IMG/VR virus record: IMGVR_UViG_3300042197_002679
Span: 1 to 59,621 of that record
DNA: 59,621 nucleotides
Source of the DNA: a virus
Taxonomy: Duplodnaviria; Caudoviricetes
Strand: one strand, 5' to 3'
Part shown: positions 39,431-49,260 of the stretch, one piece after another
Layout: each line of letters opens with the position of its first letter
Position numbering within the stretch: the stretch's first letter is position 1
Notes under the pieces: generated by a model
The model's input: the letters and a program-made list of their open reading frames with translations, nothing else
Databases searched by the model: none
What the model was told of the DNA's origin: nothing
Made by a program: the position numbers and the translations under genes

Positions 39431-41101
39431 ATGGCAAAATTATTTGGGTTCTCCATAGAGAACACTGAACCACTATCTCCTACAGCAGTTTCCCCCGTCC
39501 CACCTAATAATGAGGATGGGGTTGACCACTATATGAGTAGTGGTTTTTTTGGTTCATATGTTGATATAGAAGGAGTTTATAGAACAGAATTTGAATTACT
39601 CAAAAGATATCGTGAAATGGCACTTCATCCAGAAGTAGATAGTGCTATTGAGGATATTGTCAATGAAGCAATTGTTTCGGATACGAATGACACACCAATT
39701 CAAATTGATTTGGATAATTTAAATGCAAGTGATGGGATAAAGAAAAAAATAAGACAAGAGTTCAAATATATCTTAGACTTATTAGATTTTGATAAAAAAT
39801 CACACGAAATATATAGAAATTGGTATATTGATGGTAGAATTTATTATCACAAAATTATAGACTTAAAAAATCCCCACGAGGGAATACAAGAACTTCGTTA
39901 TATTGACGCAACAAAAATGCGTTTTGTTCGGCAACAAAAAAATAAACCAGAAAATAAATTTAATGCTATTAGCCGAATTCAAAGTGATAATCCTATGGAT
40001 TATGAATTTCCCGAAATTGAAGAATATTTCATTTATAACCCCAAAACTCCTTATCAGTCCGCTAATCCATCCCAAACTGGTGCAAGTCAAGGAATTAAAA
40101 TAGCAAGAGATGCTGTTACTTATTGTACGTCTGGATTGGTAGATAGAAATAAAGGAAATACTTTATCTTACCTACACAAGGCAATTAAATCACTTAACCA
40201 ACTTCGTATGATTGAAGATAGTCTCGTTATCTATAGACTGTCTCGTGCTCCAGAAAGAAGAATTTTCTATATTGATGTGGGCAATCTTCCAAAAGTAAAA
40301 GCAGAGCAATATCTCCGTGATGTTATGATGCGTTATCGTAATAAACTTGTTTACGATGCAAATACTGGAGAAATTCGTGATGATAAAAAATACATGGCGA
40401 TGCTTGAAGATTTTTGGTTACCTCGTCGTGAAGGTGGAAGAGGAACAGAAATTACAACTTTGCCTGGTGGACAAAATTTAGGGGAAATTACAGACATTGA
40501 GTATTTTAAGAAAAAACTTTATCGCTCATTAAATGTTCCACCATCAAGAATGGATGGTGAGGGTGGATTTAATCTTGGTCGCTCTTCTGAAATTTTAAGA
40601 GATGAGTTAAAATTTAGTAAATTTGTTGGAAGATTAAGAAAAAGATTTTCCAATATGTTTAGTGATATGCTTAAGACCCAATTAATTTTAAAAAATATTG
40701 TGACTCCAGAAGATTGGGAGTCTATGAGTGAGCATATTCAATATGATTTTCTTTATGATAATCATTTTGCAGAACTAAAAGAATCAGAGTTATTGAATGA
40801 AAGACTTACAATGGTTGCAACTGCTGAACCATATGTCGGGAAATATTTTTCTCAAGATTATGTAAGAAGAAAAATTTTAAGACAAACTGATGTAGAAATT
40901 CTTGAGCAAGACGCTTTAATTGATAAAGAAATTAAAGATGGTATTATCTCAGATCCAAATGCTCCAATTGAACAAGATTTCGCAACTCCAGGAGTACAAC
41001 AAAGTACATCTCAAATGGATTTGGGGAGACCTATTATGGAACCAGATTTAGAATCACAAGCAACAAAATCTACACAACTTCCAAAGGGCGGAGAGATATA
41101 A
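39431..41101 (+). CDS. gp20: Portal vertex protein gp20
   Basis: YRLSRAPERRIFYIDVGNLPK.KAEQY, EDFWLPRREGGRGTEITTLPGG. Confidence 0.98.
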   Translation: MAKLFGFSIENTEPLSPTAVSPVPPNNEDGVDHYMSSGFFGSYVDIEGVYRTEFELLKRYREMALHPEVDSAIEDIVNEAIVSDTNDTPIQIDLDNLNASDGIKKKIRQEFKYILDLLDFDKKSHEIYRNWYIDGRIYYHKIIDLKNPHEGIQELRYIDATKMRFVRQQKNKPENKFNAISRIQSDNPMDYEFPEIEEYFIYNPKTPYQSANPSQTGASQGIKIARDAVTYCTSGLVDRNKGNTLSYLHKAIKSLNQLRMIEDSLVIYRLSRAPERRIFYIDVGNLPKVKAEQYLRDVMMRYRNKLVYDANTGEIRDDKKYMAMLEDFWLPRREGGRGTEITTLPGGQNLGEITDIEYFKKKLYRSLNVPPSRMDGEGGFNLGRSSEILRDELKFSKFVGRLRKRFSNMFSDMLKTQLILKNIVTPEDWESMSEHIQYDFLYDNHFAELKESELLNERLTMVATAEPYVGKYFSQDYVRRKILRQTDVEILEQDALIDKEIKDGIISDPNAPIEQDFATPGVQQSTSQMDLGRPIMEPDLESQATKSTQLPKGGEI

Positions 41102-41130
41102 ATACTAACAGTTAATTATTGATTGTTAAA

Positions 41131-41304
41131 ATGGACGAACTCCTGGATATGATTGTTACTGATGAATCACCATCACAAATAAGCGATAAGATTAAAGAAT
41201 TATTGTTTACGAAATCCGCAGAAAAGATAGATGCTTTTCGTCCTTTAGTCGCATCGGACGTTTTTGGAACAGATTCCATTGAATCAGAAACTGAAAACGA
41301 ATGA
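41131..41304 (+). CDS. Small acidic protein in the syntenic position of prohead core gp67
   Basis: 57-aa acidic ORF directly after gp20, with its own TATAAATA. Confidence 0.65.
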   Translation: MDELLDMIVTDESPSQISDKIKELLFTKSAEKIDAFRPLVASDVFGTDSIESETENE

Positions 41305-41343
41305 GAATTTTTAATAAATAACTAAAAGTATGTCATACAAATA

Positions 41344-41895
41344 ATGGCTCATAGACCAGTTGGGGCTGGATCCTCATTTACATTTACTGCTGGAACCGCA
41401 TCAACATCATCCACATTTTCCGTCCAATCTAATGTGTTGAGAGTTGTTGCAGTTGGAGCGGCAGCACATATTTCAGTTGGATCAACTCCTTCAGCAACTT
41501 CATCGGATTATTATGTTCCGTCTGGTGGAACTGCAACTCTTGCATTAACTAAAGCATCAAATCGTGTCGTAGGGGTCATAACTGGCACAACAACTGTAGT
41601 TACAGTTCCAGAGGGAACACAAGTTCCCTTTGGTGTTGATGATTATGTTACTTTGTCCGTAAGTGGACAATCATATTACAACTTCACTCACCAAAAAGTT
41701 TTGTCGGTGGATACTACATCCAATATTGATGGATATTTCCAAAAAAGAATGACAATTAATTACAATTCAAGTGGCATTGTAACTGCATTTTCCTCAGTAG
41801 ATGCAACAATTAGTGCCTCAAATAAAGTTTCTGCATATGGTTTAGGTTCTGGAACTGTTTACTATCAACAAGTACAAATTTCGGGAGATGCTTAA
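41344..41895 (+). CDS. Ser/Thr/Val-rich hypothetical structural protein
   Basis: 183-aa ORF with a late promoter, between g20 and g21. Confidence 0.75.
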   Translation: MAHRPVGAGSSFTFTAGTASTSSTFSVQSNVLRVVAVGAAAHISVGSTPSATSSDYYVPSGGTATLALTKASNRVVGVITGTTTVVTVPEGTQVPFGVDDYVTLSVSGQSYYNFTHQKVLSVDTTSNIDGYFQKRMTINYNSSGIVTAFSSVDATISASNKVSAYGLGSGTVYYQQVQISGDA

Positions 41896-41896
41896 A

Positions 41897-42547
41897 ATGA
41901 AACTAATCACCGAAGAAATCGAAAAGGTAGAAGTTATTACCGAAAGCATAAATGGTAGAAAAAATCTTTTTATTAAAGGGATTTTTCTCCAGGCAGAACA
42001 AGTGAACAGAAACGGTAGAATGTACCGTATGCCTGTAATGGAAAGAGAAGTAAAGCGTTATACTGAACAATACGTGAATAAAGGTCGTGCTTTAGGTGAA
42101 CTTGGACATCCAGACGGTCCTACAGTAAATCTTGATAGGGTTTCACATAAGATTACAGAACTTTACCGTGATGGAAATAATTTTGTTGGTAAAGCGCAAA
42201 TTTTATCCACTCCAATGGGCAAAATTGCAGAATCACTTTTAAAGGAGGGTGTTTGTCTTGGCGTCTCTTCTCGTGGTATAGGATCATTAAGAGAGACCCG
42301 TGAAGGATATAAAGAAGTTGGTGAAGATTTTATGCTTGCAACTGCTGCAGACATTGTTGCAGATCCTTCAGCGCCTGATGCTTTTGTTCAGGGAATTATG
42401 GAGGGGAAGGAATGGATATGGGACGGTAACATTTTAAGAGAAAAAGTAGCAAACAATACTAAAAATAAAATAAATACTCTTGTTGATGAAGGTATTCTTG
42501 AAGAATACAAACTGTCATTATTTAATGAGTTTTTAAATAAACTGTAA
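41897..42547 (+). CDS. gp21: Prohead core protease gp21
   Basis: MKLITEE, NRNGRMY, ALGELGHP, GVSSRG.GS, DIVADPSAPDAFV. Confidence 0.97.
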   Translation: MKLITEEIEKVEVITESINGRKNLFIKGIFLQAEQVNRNGRMYRMPVMEREVKRYTEQYVNKGRALGELGHPDGPTVNLDRVSHKITELYRDGNNFVGKAQILSTPMGKIAESLLKEGVCLGVSSRGIGSLRETREGYKEVGEDFMLATAADIVADPSAPDAFVQGIMEGKEWIWDGNILREKVANNTKNKINTLVDEGILEEYKLSLFNEFLNKL

Positions 42548-42601
42548 ATTATTAAATTATAAATAAATATAGATTTCATAAAGGAAAATCGGAGAGTTCA
42601 A

Positions 42602-43741
42602 ATGTCTCGTGGTACACAATTACAAGAAATGGAAGTAGGCACTAAGCAATCCAAAACTGCAGTTAATGCTGGAGCAAAAGCAGCAGAACCAATGCCTAGC
42701 CTTTCAGGATTAACACCAGGACAAACTGGTTCTTGGGAAGATCTTGGAGGACCTACACCAGAAAATTATAAGTCTGATGATGATTCTGCAAAGTTAAAAA
42801 CTCCAGGAACATCTCTTAAGCAAGTTAAGGATGTTGTTAATAAAGGAGCAACACCTGCAGACTCAATGAAAGGTGTAAAAGAGGAGGAAGAACTTGAAGA
42901 TGATGAAGTGATTGCCGAGTCTGAAGAGGAAGAACTTGAAGATGATGAAGTGATTGCCGAGTCTGATGATGAAGAGGAAGAAGGTGATGATGAAGAGGAA
43001 GAAGGTGATGAGGAAGATTATGATATTGAAGAAGATGTAAATGCACTTCTTGCTGGAGAGAATCTTTCCGAAGAATTCCAAGAAAAAGCGAAAACAATTT
43101 TTGAGGCAGCAATTACTTCAAGAATTTCCAAAATTCAAGAATCACTCGAAAATCAATACGCAGTTGCACTTAAAGAAGAAGTAGAAGAGATTAAAGAAAT
43201 TCTTTCCGAAAGAGTAGATTCTTATTTGGAATATGTTTCTGATGAATGGTTCCAAGAGAACGCATTAGTTGTTGAAAAAGGTCTAAAGGAGGAGTTGACT
43301 GAATCCTTTATGACTGGTCTGAAAGGACTTTTTGAAGAACATTATGTATCAATCCCTGATGATAAATATGATGTACTTGAGAGCATGGTAGAAAAACTTG
43401 ATGAAATGGAGACAAAACTCAACGAGCAAATAGAAAAAAATGTTTCCCTAAACAAGCGTCTCGCAGAGTCGGTTGCTGATGGAATCTTTGAACAGGTTTC
43501 TGAGGGTCTTGCGGCTACTCAGAAAGACAAGCTCGCTTCACTTGCCGAAAGTGTTGAGTTTGAAAGTGAAGACGAATATCGTGAAAAACTGGAGACTTTG
43601 AGGGAAGCATATTTCCCAACTAAAGGATTTTCTCCATCTGCTAAATCTGAGTCCCTCTCTGAGGGTGTAGACAATTCACCTGAAAATATTTCAGGCACTA
43701 TGGCTGCATATTTGAACACTCTTTCAAAATTTAGCAAATAA
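42602..43741 (+). CDS. gp22: Prohead core scaffolding protein gp22
   Basis: Highly acidic coiled coil; LSEEFQEKAKTIFEAA, VDSYLEYV..EW; lies between g21 and g23. Confidence 0.95.
   Translation: MSRGTQLQEMEVGTKQSKTAVNAGAKAAEPMPSLSGLTPGQTGSWEDLGGPTPENYKSDDDSAKLKTPGTSLKQVKDVVNKGATPADSMKGVKEEEELEDDEVIAESEEEELEDDEVIAESDDEEEEGDDEEEEGDEEDYDIEEDVNALLAGENLSEEFQEKAKTIFEAAITSRISKIQESLENQYAVALKEEVEEIKEILSERVDSYLEYVSDEWFQENALVVEKGLKEELTESFMTGLKGLFEEHYVSIPDDKYDVLESMVEKLDEMETKLNEQIEKNVSLNKRLAESVADGIFEQVSEGLAATQKDKLASLAESVEFESEDEYREKLETLREAYFPTKGFSPSAKSESLSEGVDNSPENISGTMAAYLNTLSKFSK
42884..43006 (+). repeat. In-frame tandem repeats in g22: 2 x 42 nt (EEELEDDEVIAES-x) and 2 x 21 nt (DDEEEEG)
   Basis: 42884-42925 and 42926-42967 are near-identical; 42965-42985 and 42986-43006 are identical. 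Confidence 0.9.
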
Positions 43742-43794
43742 TTGAATTTAATATAATTCAAACCCAAACATTCACTTACAAAAGGTAAACGCAA

Positions 43795-45228
43795 ATGTTC
43801 CATTCAGAGCAATTGCAGGAAAAGTGGGCACCTCTTCTTAACTATGATGGACTTGATCCAATCAAAGATTCACACAGAAGAGCAGTAACCGCTGTCCTGT
43901 TAGAAAACCAAGAAAGATTTTTAAGAGAGCAATCAGCATTTGATCATGGATCAATGGGAATGCTGATGGAATCTCCAACCAACAGCGGCAACGCTGCTGG
44001 TGCCCAGGGCGCTTTCGGTGGAGACGCTACCGCCGGTGGTCCTGTTGCAGGTTTTGATCCTGTTCTTATTTCATTGATCAGACGTTCAATGCCTAATCTG
44101 GTCGCTTACGACCTCGCTGGCGTTCAACCAATGAGTGGTCCTACTGGACTAATCTTCGCAATGCGTTCACGTTATACTAATCAGTCTGGCACTGAAGCAT
44201 TTTATAACGAATCTGACACTACATTTTCAGGCACAGATTCTGGTTTTGATACTACACTTACTCGTGATTTCTCCGACGTTAATGCTGGTATTGGTACAAC
44301 TATCCAGGCCGGTACCAATCCTTCAGTTCTAAATCCAGTTGGAACCGCAACTTCAACGGCATATAACGTTGGACAAGGTATGCCTACTGGTGATGCAGAA
44401 AATCTTGATAGTGGTTCGAACGCATTCAATCAAATGGCTTTCTCAATCGAGAAAGTTACTGTTACTGCTAAGTCAAGAGCACTGAAAGCAGAGTACAGTC
44501 TTGAGCTTGCACAAGACCTTAAAGCAATTCACGGTCTGAACGCTGAAGCGGAATTGGCAAATATTCTGTCAACTGAGATTCTTGCCGAAATCAACCGTGA
44601 AGTTATCAGAACCATTTATAAGGTTGCTGAGCAAGGTGCCGTTCAAAACGTTGCAACTGCTGGTGTATTTGACCTTGATGTTGATTCAAATGGTCGTTGG
44701 TCAGTTGAAAAGTTTAAGGGTCTACTCTTCCAGATCGAGAGAGATGCAAACGCAATCGCACAAAGAACTCGTCGTGGAAAGGGCAACATCATCCTATGCT
44801 CTGCTGATGTCGCTTCCGCTTTAACGATGGCTGGCGTGCTTGATTACACCCCTGCCCTCAATGCTAACCTAAACGTTGATGACACGGGCAACACCTTTGC
44901 TGGTGTTCTTCAAGGTAAGTATCGAGTTTATATTGATCCTTATGCTGCTAACCTAACATCGGGTAATGCAACTCCAGGAAACCAATACTACGTTGTTGGA
45001 TATAAGGGTTCTTCACCTTATGACGCAGGTCTGTTTTATTGCCCATATGTTCCTCTCCAAATGGTTCGTGCCGTTGGTGAGAACTCCTTCCAACCAAAGA
45101 TTGGCTTTAAGACCCGTTACGGTCTTGTTGCTAATCCATTTGCAGAAGGAACCGATCAGGGTCTTGGTCGTCTCAAAGTTAACACTAACCGCTATTATAG
45201 AAGAGTTGCGGTCAAAAATCTCATGTAA
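43795..45228 (+). CDS. gp23: Major capsid protein gp23
   Basis: KWAPLL, LISLIRRSMPNL, GVQPMSGPTGLIFAMRSRY, ELAQDLKAIHGL, FQPKIGFKTRYG. Confidence 0.99.
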   Translation: MFHSEQLQEKWAPLLNYDGLDPIKDSHRRAVTAVLLENQERFLREQSAFDHGSMGMLMESPTNSGNAAGAQGAFGGDATAGGPVAGFDPVLISLIRRSMPNLVAYDLAGVQPMSGPTGLIFAMRSRYTNQSGTEAFYNESDTTFSGTDSGFDTTLTRDFSDVNAGIGTTIQAGTNPSVLNPVGTATSTAYNVGQGMPTGDAENLDSGSNAFNQMAFSIEKVTVTAKSRALKAEYSLELAQDLKAIHGLNAEAELANILSTEILAEINREVIRTIYKVAEQGAVQNVATAGVFDLDVDSNGRWSVEKFKGLLFQIERDANAIAQRTRRGKGNIILCSADVASALTMAGVLDYTPALNANLNVDDTGNTFAGVLQGKYRVYIDPYAANLTSGNATPGNQYYVVGYKGSSPYDAGLFYCPYVPLQMVRAVGENSFQPKIGFKTRYGLVANPFAEGTDQGLGRLKVNTNRYYRRVAVKNLM

Positions 45229-45248
45229 ATCTCATATGAGATCATCTG

Positions 45249-45274
45249 GAGGACCTCAAAGGTCCTCTTTTTTT
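45249..45274 (+). terminator. Rho-independent terminator after g23
   Basis: GAGGACCT-CAA-AGGTCCTC followed by a T-run. Confidence 0.88.
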
Positions 45275-45302
45275 ATAAATAATATAGTTAAAAACTTCGG
45301 TG

Positions 45303-45779
45303 ATGTTTTATATTTACAAATCTACCAATAAAATTAATAATAAATTTTATATTGGTAGATGCAAAGGTCCTATAGAAAACAGAGAATATAAACACTGGTG
45401 GTACGCTACCAATAAAAACACTAATGCACCGTTCTCAAATGCTTTACGTAAGTATGGACGAGATAATTTTATATGGGAAATTATAGAAGAAACTGATGAA
45501 AATAATAATGGAGAAAGAGAAATATACTGGATAGATAAACTAAAACCATACTACAACGCTACTTTAGGGGGAGATGGTGGAACACTTGGTCGGCAATGCC
45601 CAGAACATGTAAAGGAAGCAACAAGGCAATCAAGAATAGTATCCGTTAAAGATAGAAAAACTGGAAAAATTTATAAATCTATGAAGGACGCCAGAAAAGA
45701 TATTGGAGTTTTGGAAAGTAGTATAAGTAGGTCTATAAAATACAATAGACCCGGAAGTAGATGGGAAAGAGTTATCTAA
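45303..45779 (+). mobile_element. Free-standing GIY-YIG homing endonuclease (seg-like)
   Basis: YIYKSTN..N.KFYIG, conserved R and E (REIYWI), YN.T.GG.G, short C-terminal DNA-binding-like tail. Confidence 0.85.
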
Positions 45780-45791
45780 ATAGTTCAAAAA

Positions 45792-46337
45792 ATGACATCT
45801 CAGATTGAAAATAGAAACTTTCTTTCCCCAACAGGATTTAAGTTTACTCTTAAAAGAAGTCCAAAGGTTGCATTCTTTTGCAATCAAGCAAACATTCCAG
45901 ATATATCTTTAGGTGTTGCTGTTCAAACAACTTGGTTAAAAGACATTGATACTCCTGGAGACAAGATAATTTTTGGTGATTTAAATCTTAGATTTTTAGT
46001 TGATGAAAATTTAGAAAATTATATGGAAATCCAAAGATGGATCCGTGGATTGGGATATCCAGAAAGTATGCAAGAATTTCGTAATTTGGAAAATTCTGGA
46101 ACTGTTGGTGGAATTTATGCCAACGAAGGAGATAATATTTACTCAGATGGAACTTTACAAGTTTTAAGTAGTAATTTGGTTGCAAAATTTAATGTAAATT
46201 TTAAAGATTTATTTCCATATTCATTATCTACAATTTCATTTGATGCTACTAACACTGATATACAGTACTTTACAGCAGACGTAGGTTTCAAGTATACTAT
46301 TTACGATATAACTACGCTTGGTGGAACTCCCCTATGA
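45792..46337 (+). CDS. gp3: Tail tube terminator/completion protein gp3
   Basis: NFLSPTGFKF, FFCNQANIP, PGDK..F..L.LRFLVDENLENY.EI..W. Confidence 0.9.
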   Translation: MTSQIENRNFLSPTGFKFTLKRSPKVAFFCNQANIPDISLGVAVQTTWLKDIDTPGDKIIFGDLNLRFLVDENLENYMEIQRWIRGLGYPESMQEFRNLENSGTVGGIYANEGDNIYSDGTLQVLSSNLVAKFNVNFKDLFPYSLSTISFDATNTDIQYFTADVGFKYTIYDITTLGGTPL

Positions 46338-46771
46338 GTATTGATCTTGATAAAATTCAAGAAATGTGGGAAAAAGATTCAAAGATAGATCCAGACAATT
46401 TACATACGGAATCTTTAAATATTCCAGTTCTTCACGCAAAATATTTTGATTTGTATAATACGATTTTTCTTTTAAGAAAAAAAGCAGAGCAACAAAAAAG
46501 AAATATTCGACACGAACGTTATGAATATTATTCAGGAAAATCGGATCCAGAAGTTTATGTAGAAAATCCCTTCCCCAAAAAGATTCGTGATAAAGATACT
46601 ATGCAAAAGTATCTTGATGCAGATGAAAAACTTTCATCTGTTTGTTTGAAAATAGATTATTACGACACAATGCTTACTTACATTGAAAGCATTCTTAAAA
46701 TGATACAAAACAGAACATATCAAATTAAAAACTCAATTGAATTTATGAGATTTAATGCTGGACTGGGGTAA
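46334..46771 (+). CDS. uvsY: Recombination mediator UvsY
   Basis: WEKDSKID, IP.LHAKY, YLDAD, I.NRTYQIKN.IEF.RF.AG. Confidence 0.92.
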   Translation: MSIDLDKIQEMWEKDSKIDPDNLHTESLNIPVLHAKYFDLYNTIFLLRKKAEQQKRNIRHERYEYYSGKSDPEVYVENPFPKKIRDKDTMQKYLDADEKLSSVCLKIDYYDTMLTYIESILKMIQNRTYQIKNSIEFMRFNAGLG

Positions 46772-46799
46772 ATAAATATTCATAGATGAATGAAGATGT

Positions 46800-48275
46800 G
46801 TGAGTGAGAAAGCAGCAAATCTTGTAATATCAAAATCAAACGAAGTATTTCTTAAGATTAAAACAGAACCTCATATTGAATATGAGTTAAGGGATCATTT
46901 TAAGTTTGATGTTCCAAATGCAAAGTTTATGCCACAATATCGTGGTAGAAATTGGAATGGAGAAATTCATTTATATGATACAAGATCCAAGCAAATCTAT
47001 GTTGGATTGTTGGATAAAATTGTTTCTTTTTGTAAGCAATATAATTATACTTATGAATTTGAAGAAAATAAATTCTACGGACAACCTTTTGAGATTAATG
47101 AGGGGATATCTTTAGAAGGTGTTAAAGATTATATGCAATCTATTTGCGTTCATACTCCTCGTCCGTATCAAGTAGAGGGAGTATACGATGCTCTAAGACA
47201 TAATCGAAAGCTATTGATAAGTCCCACTGCATCAGGCAAATCTCTGATGATTTATTCGTTAGTGAGATACTATGTTGATAGGAACGAAAAAATACTTTTA
47301 GTTGTTCCCACGACAAGCTTGGTAGAACAAATGTATAAGGATTTTCAGGATTATGGTTGGGATGCTGAGTCATATTGCCACCGCATTTATTCTGGAAGAG
47401 AAAGGACAAATGAATATCCAGTTACGATTACAACCTGGCAATCTGTATATAAGCTGGAACGTTCATTTTTTGAGGAGTATGGTGTCATTATAGGTGATGA
47501 AGCTCATTTATTCAAGAGCAAATCATTGATACAAATTATGACTAAACTTCATCATGCAAAATATCGTTTTGGTTTTACTGGAACTTTAGATGGAACACAA
47601 ACTCATAAATGGGTTCTTGAAGGATTATTTGGTCCTTCATATAAAGTTACAAAAACTGATGAGTTAATGAAACAGGGACACTTGTCTCAACTTGATATTC
47701 GTTGTCTTGTACTTAAACACCCATCACAAAAATTTGAAACTTATGAGGATGAAATTCAATATTTAATATCTCACGAAAAAAGAAACAAATTTATTCAAAA
47801 TCTTGCTTTAGATTTAAAAGGAAATACATTAATTCTTTTTTCGAGAGTAGAAGCACACGGAGCAATACTCTACGAAAAGATAAATAATAATAAGCGAGAT
47901 GACCGTAAAGTATTTTTTGTACATGGTGGAGTGGATGCTGAAGAAAGAGAATTAGTTAGAGAGATTACTGAAAGAGAAAACAATGCAATTATTGTTGCTT
48001 CTTATGGAACTTTTTCTACTGGTATCAATATTAAAAATCTCCATAATGTTATCTTTGCCTCTCCAAGTAAATCAAGAATTCGAAATCTTCAAAGTATTGG
48101 ACGAGTTCTTAGAAAAGGAAAAGATAAAGTAAAAGCAACACTTTATGATATTGCTGATGATTGTTCGAGTAAATCTAGAAAAAATTACACTTTAAATCAT
48201 TTTATAGAAAGAATTAAAATTTATAATGAAGAGAATTTCAATTATGAAATAATTACAATTCAATTAAAACAATGA
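46800..48275 (+). CDS. uvsW: SF2 DNA/RNA-DNA helicase UvsW
   Basis: SPTASGKS, GDEAH, GFTGTL, QSIGRVLR. Confidence 0.97.
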   Translation: MSEKAANLVISKSNEVFLKIKTEPHIEYELRDHFKFDVPNAKFMPQYRGRNWNGEIHLYDTRSKQIYVGLLDKIVSFCKQYNYTYEFEENKFYGQPFEINEGISLEGVKDYMQSICVHTPRPYQVEGVYDALRHNRKLLISPTASGKSLMIYSLVRYYVDRNEKILLVVPTTSLVEQMYKDFQDYGWDAESYCHRIYSGRERTNEYPVTITTWQSVYKLERSFFEEYGVIIGDEAHLFKSKSLIQIMTKLHHAKYRFGFTGTLDGTQTHKWVLEGLFGPSYKVTKTDELMKQGHLSQLDIRCLVLKHPSQKFETYEDEIQYLISHEKRNKFIQNLALDLKGNTLILFSRVEAHGAILYEKINNNKRDDRKVFFVHGGVDAEERELVREITERENNAIIVASYGTFSTGINIKNLHNVIFASPSKSRIRNLQSIGRVLRKGKDKVKATLYDIADDCSSKSRKNYTLNHFIERIKIYNEENFNYEIITIQLKQ

Positions 48276-48661
48276 TAGAAGAAGATTTTTATGCAACAGT
48301 TAAGTTAAAAACAGGTGAAGAAATATTTGCTAAAGTGGCAGCTTCAGAGGAAGAAGGTAGAACAATGTTGATTGTTTCTAACCCAATTATTATATCTGAA
48401 ATAAAAAGTAGAACAGGTGTTAGTGGATATAAATTAGAACCTTGGTTAAAAACAACAACTGATGATATGTTTATTATTAATTTCGAAGATGTATTAACTC
48501 TTTCGGAGTCTTCTGACATTGAAATGATTATCTTATATCAAAATTATATTAGACAATCATCTAAAAGAAATACATCGTCTAAAATTAGTCGTAAAATGGG
48601 ATATATATCATCAGTGACTGATGCTAAAGAAATATTAGAAAAGATCTTTAAGGGTAGCTAA
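48272..48661 (+). CDS. Hypothetical protein (possible Sm-like fold; KLKTGEEI)
   Basis: ORF between uvsW and g55, ATGA-coupled to uvsW. Confidence 0.8.
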   Translation: MIEEDFYATVKLKTGEEIFAKVAASEEEGRTMLIVSNPIIISEIKSRTGVSGYKLEPWLKTTTDDMFIINFEDVLTLSESSDIEMIILYQNYIRQSSKRNTSSKISRKMGYISSVTDAKEILEKIFKGS

Positions 48662-48689
48662 TACAGTCCTTTTAACCCTGACAAAGGTT

Positions 48690-48718
48690 ATTGTACACAC
48701 TTTTAAGCACCTTGTCAA
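48690..48718 (-). promoter_or_regulatory. Antisense sigma70-type promoter TTGACA-17-TACAAT
   Basis: Minus strand -35 at 48718-48713 and -10 at 48695-48690. Confidence 0.7.
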
Positions 48719-48740
48719 GCACATATGAAAGTGTTATAAT
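48712..48740 (+). promoter_or_regulatory. Sigma70-type promoter TTGTCA-17-TATAAT (TGn) for g55
   Basis: -35 at 48712-48717; -10 at 48735-48740. Confidence 0.75.
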
Positions 48741-48765
48741 ATCTACATAATAATGATAAGAATTT

Positions 48766-49260
48766 ATGATAACCACAGCAATTATGACCAAGAGAAAAAG
48801 GTCAGAGCATTACGTTAACAATAAAGAGTTTCTTGCAGCACTTATTAAATATCGTGAAGATAAAGAAATTGCAGAGATTCAAGGAAAACCAAAGCCTCCT
48901 ATTCCACGCTACATTGGAGAGTGTTTTCTGAAGATTGCTAATCACTTATCCTTTAAACCAAACTTTGTGAACTATATGTTCAAAGAGGATATGATCTCTG
49001 ATGGTATTGAAAATTGTGTTCAGTATATTCATAACTTTAATCCAGAGAAGTCTCAAAATCCTTTTGCATACTTCACTCAAATCATTCACTACGCTTTCCT
49101 TCGCCGCATTCAAAGAGAAAAGCGTCAATTAGAAATTAAAAACAAAATTCTTGAAAGGTCTGGATTTTCTGAAGTATTTGACGACAACAGCCTTGACGGA
49201 AGCAACTACAGCGACTATAATTCTATTAAGGATAATATTCACTCCAAACTTCGTTACTGA
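48766..49260 (+). CDS. gp55: Late transcription sigma factor gp55
   Basis: HYVNNKEF, YIGECFLKIA, MISDGIENC, NPFAYFTQI..AFLRRI..EK. Confidence 0.96.
   Translation: MITTAIMTKRKRSEHYVNNKEFLAALIKYREDKEIAEIQGKPKPPIPRYIGECFLKIANHLSFKPNFVNYMFKEDMISDGIENCVQYIHNFNPEKSQNPFAYFTQIIHYAFLRRIQREKRQLEIKNKILERSGFSEVFDDNSLDGSNYSDYNSIKDNIHSKLRY

Noticed and set aside
42884-43006. CRISPR-like array
   Set aside because: The repeats are contiguous, in frame and without spacers, and no cas genes are present.
3673-44429. Many 60-150 aa minus-strand ORFs opposite structural genes
   Set aside because: These are shadows of Gly/Thr/Val-rich coding frames, with no promoters or SDs noticed.
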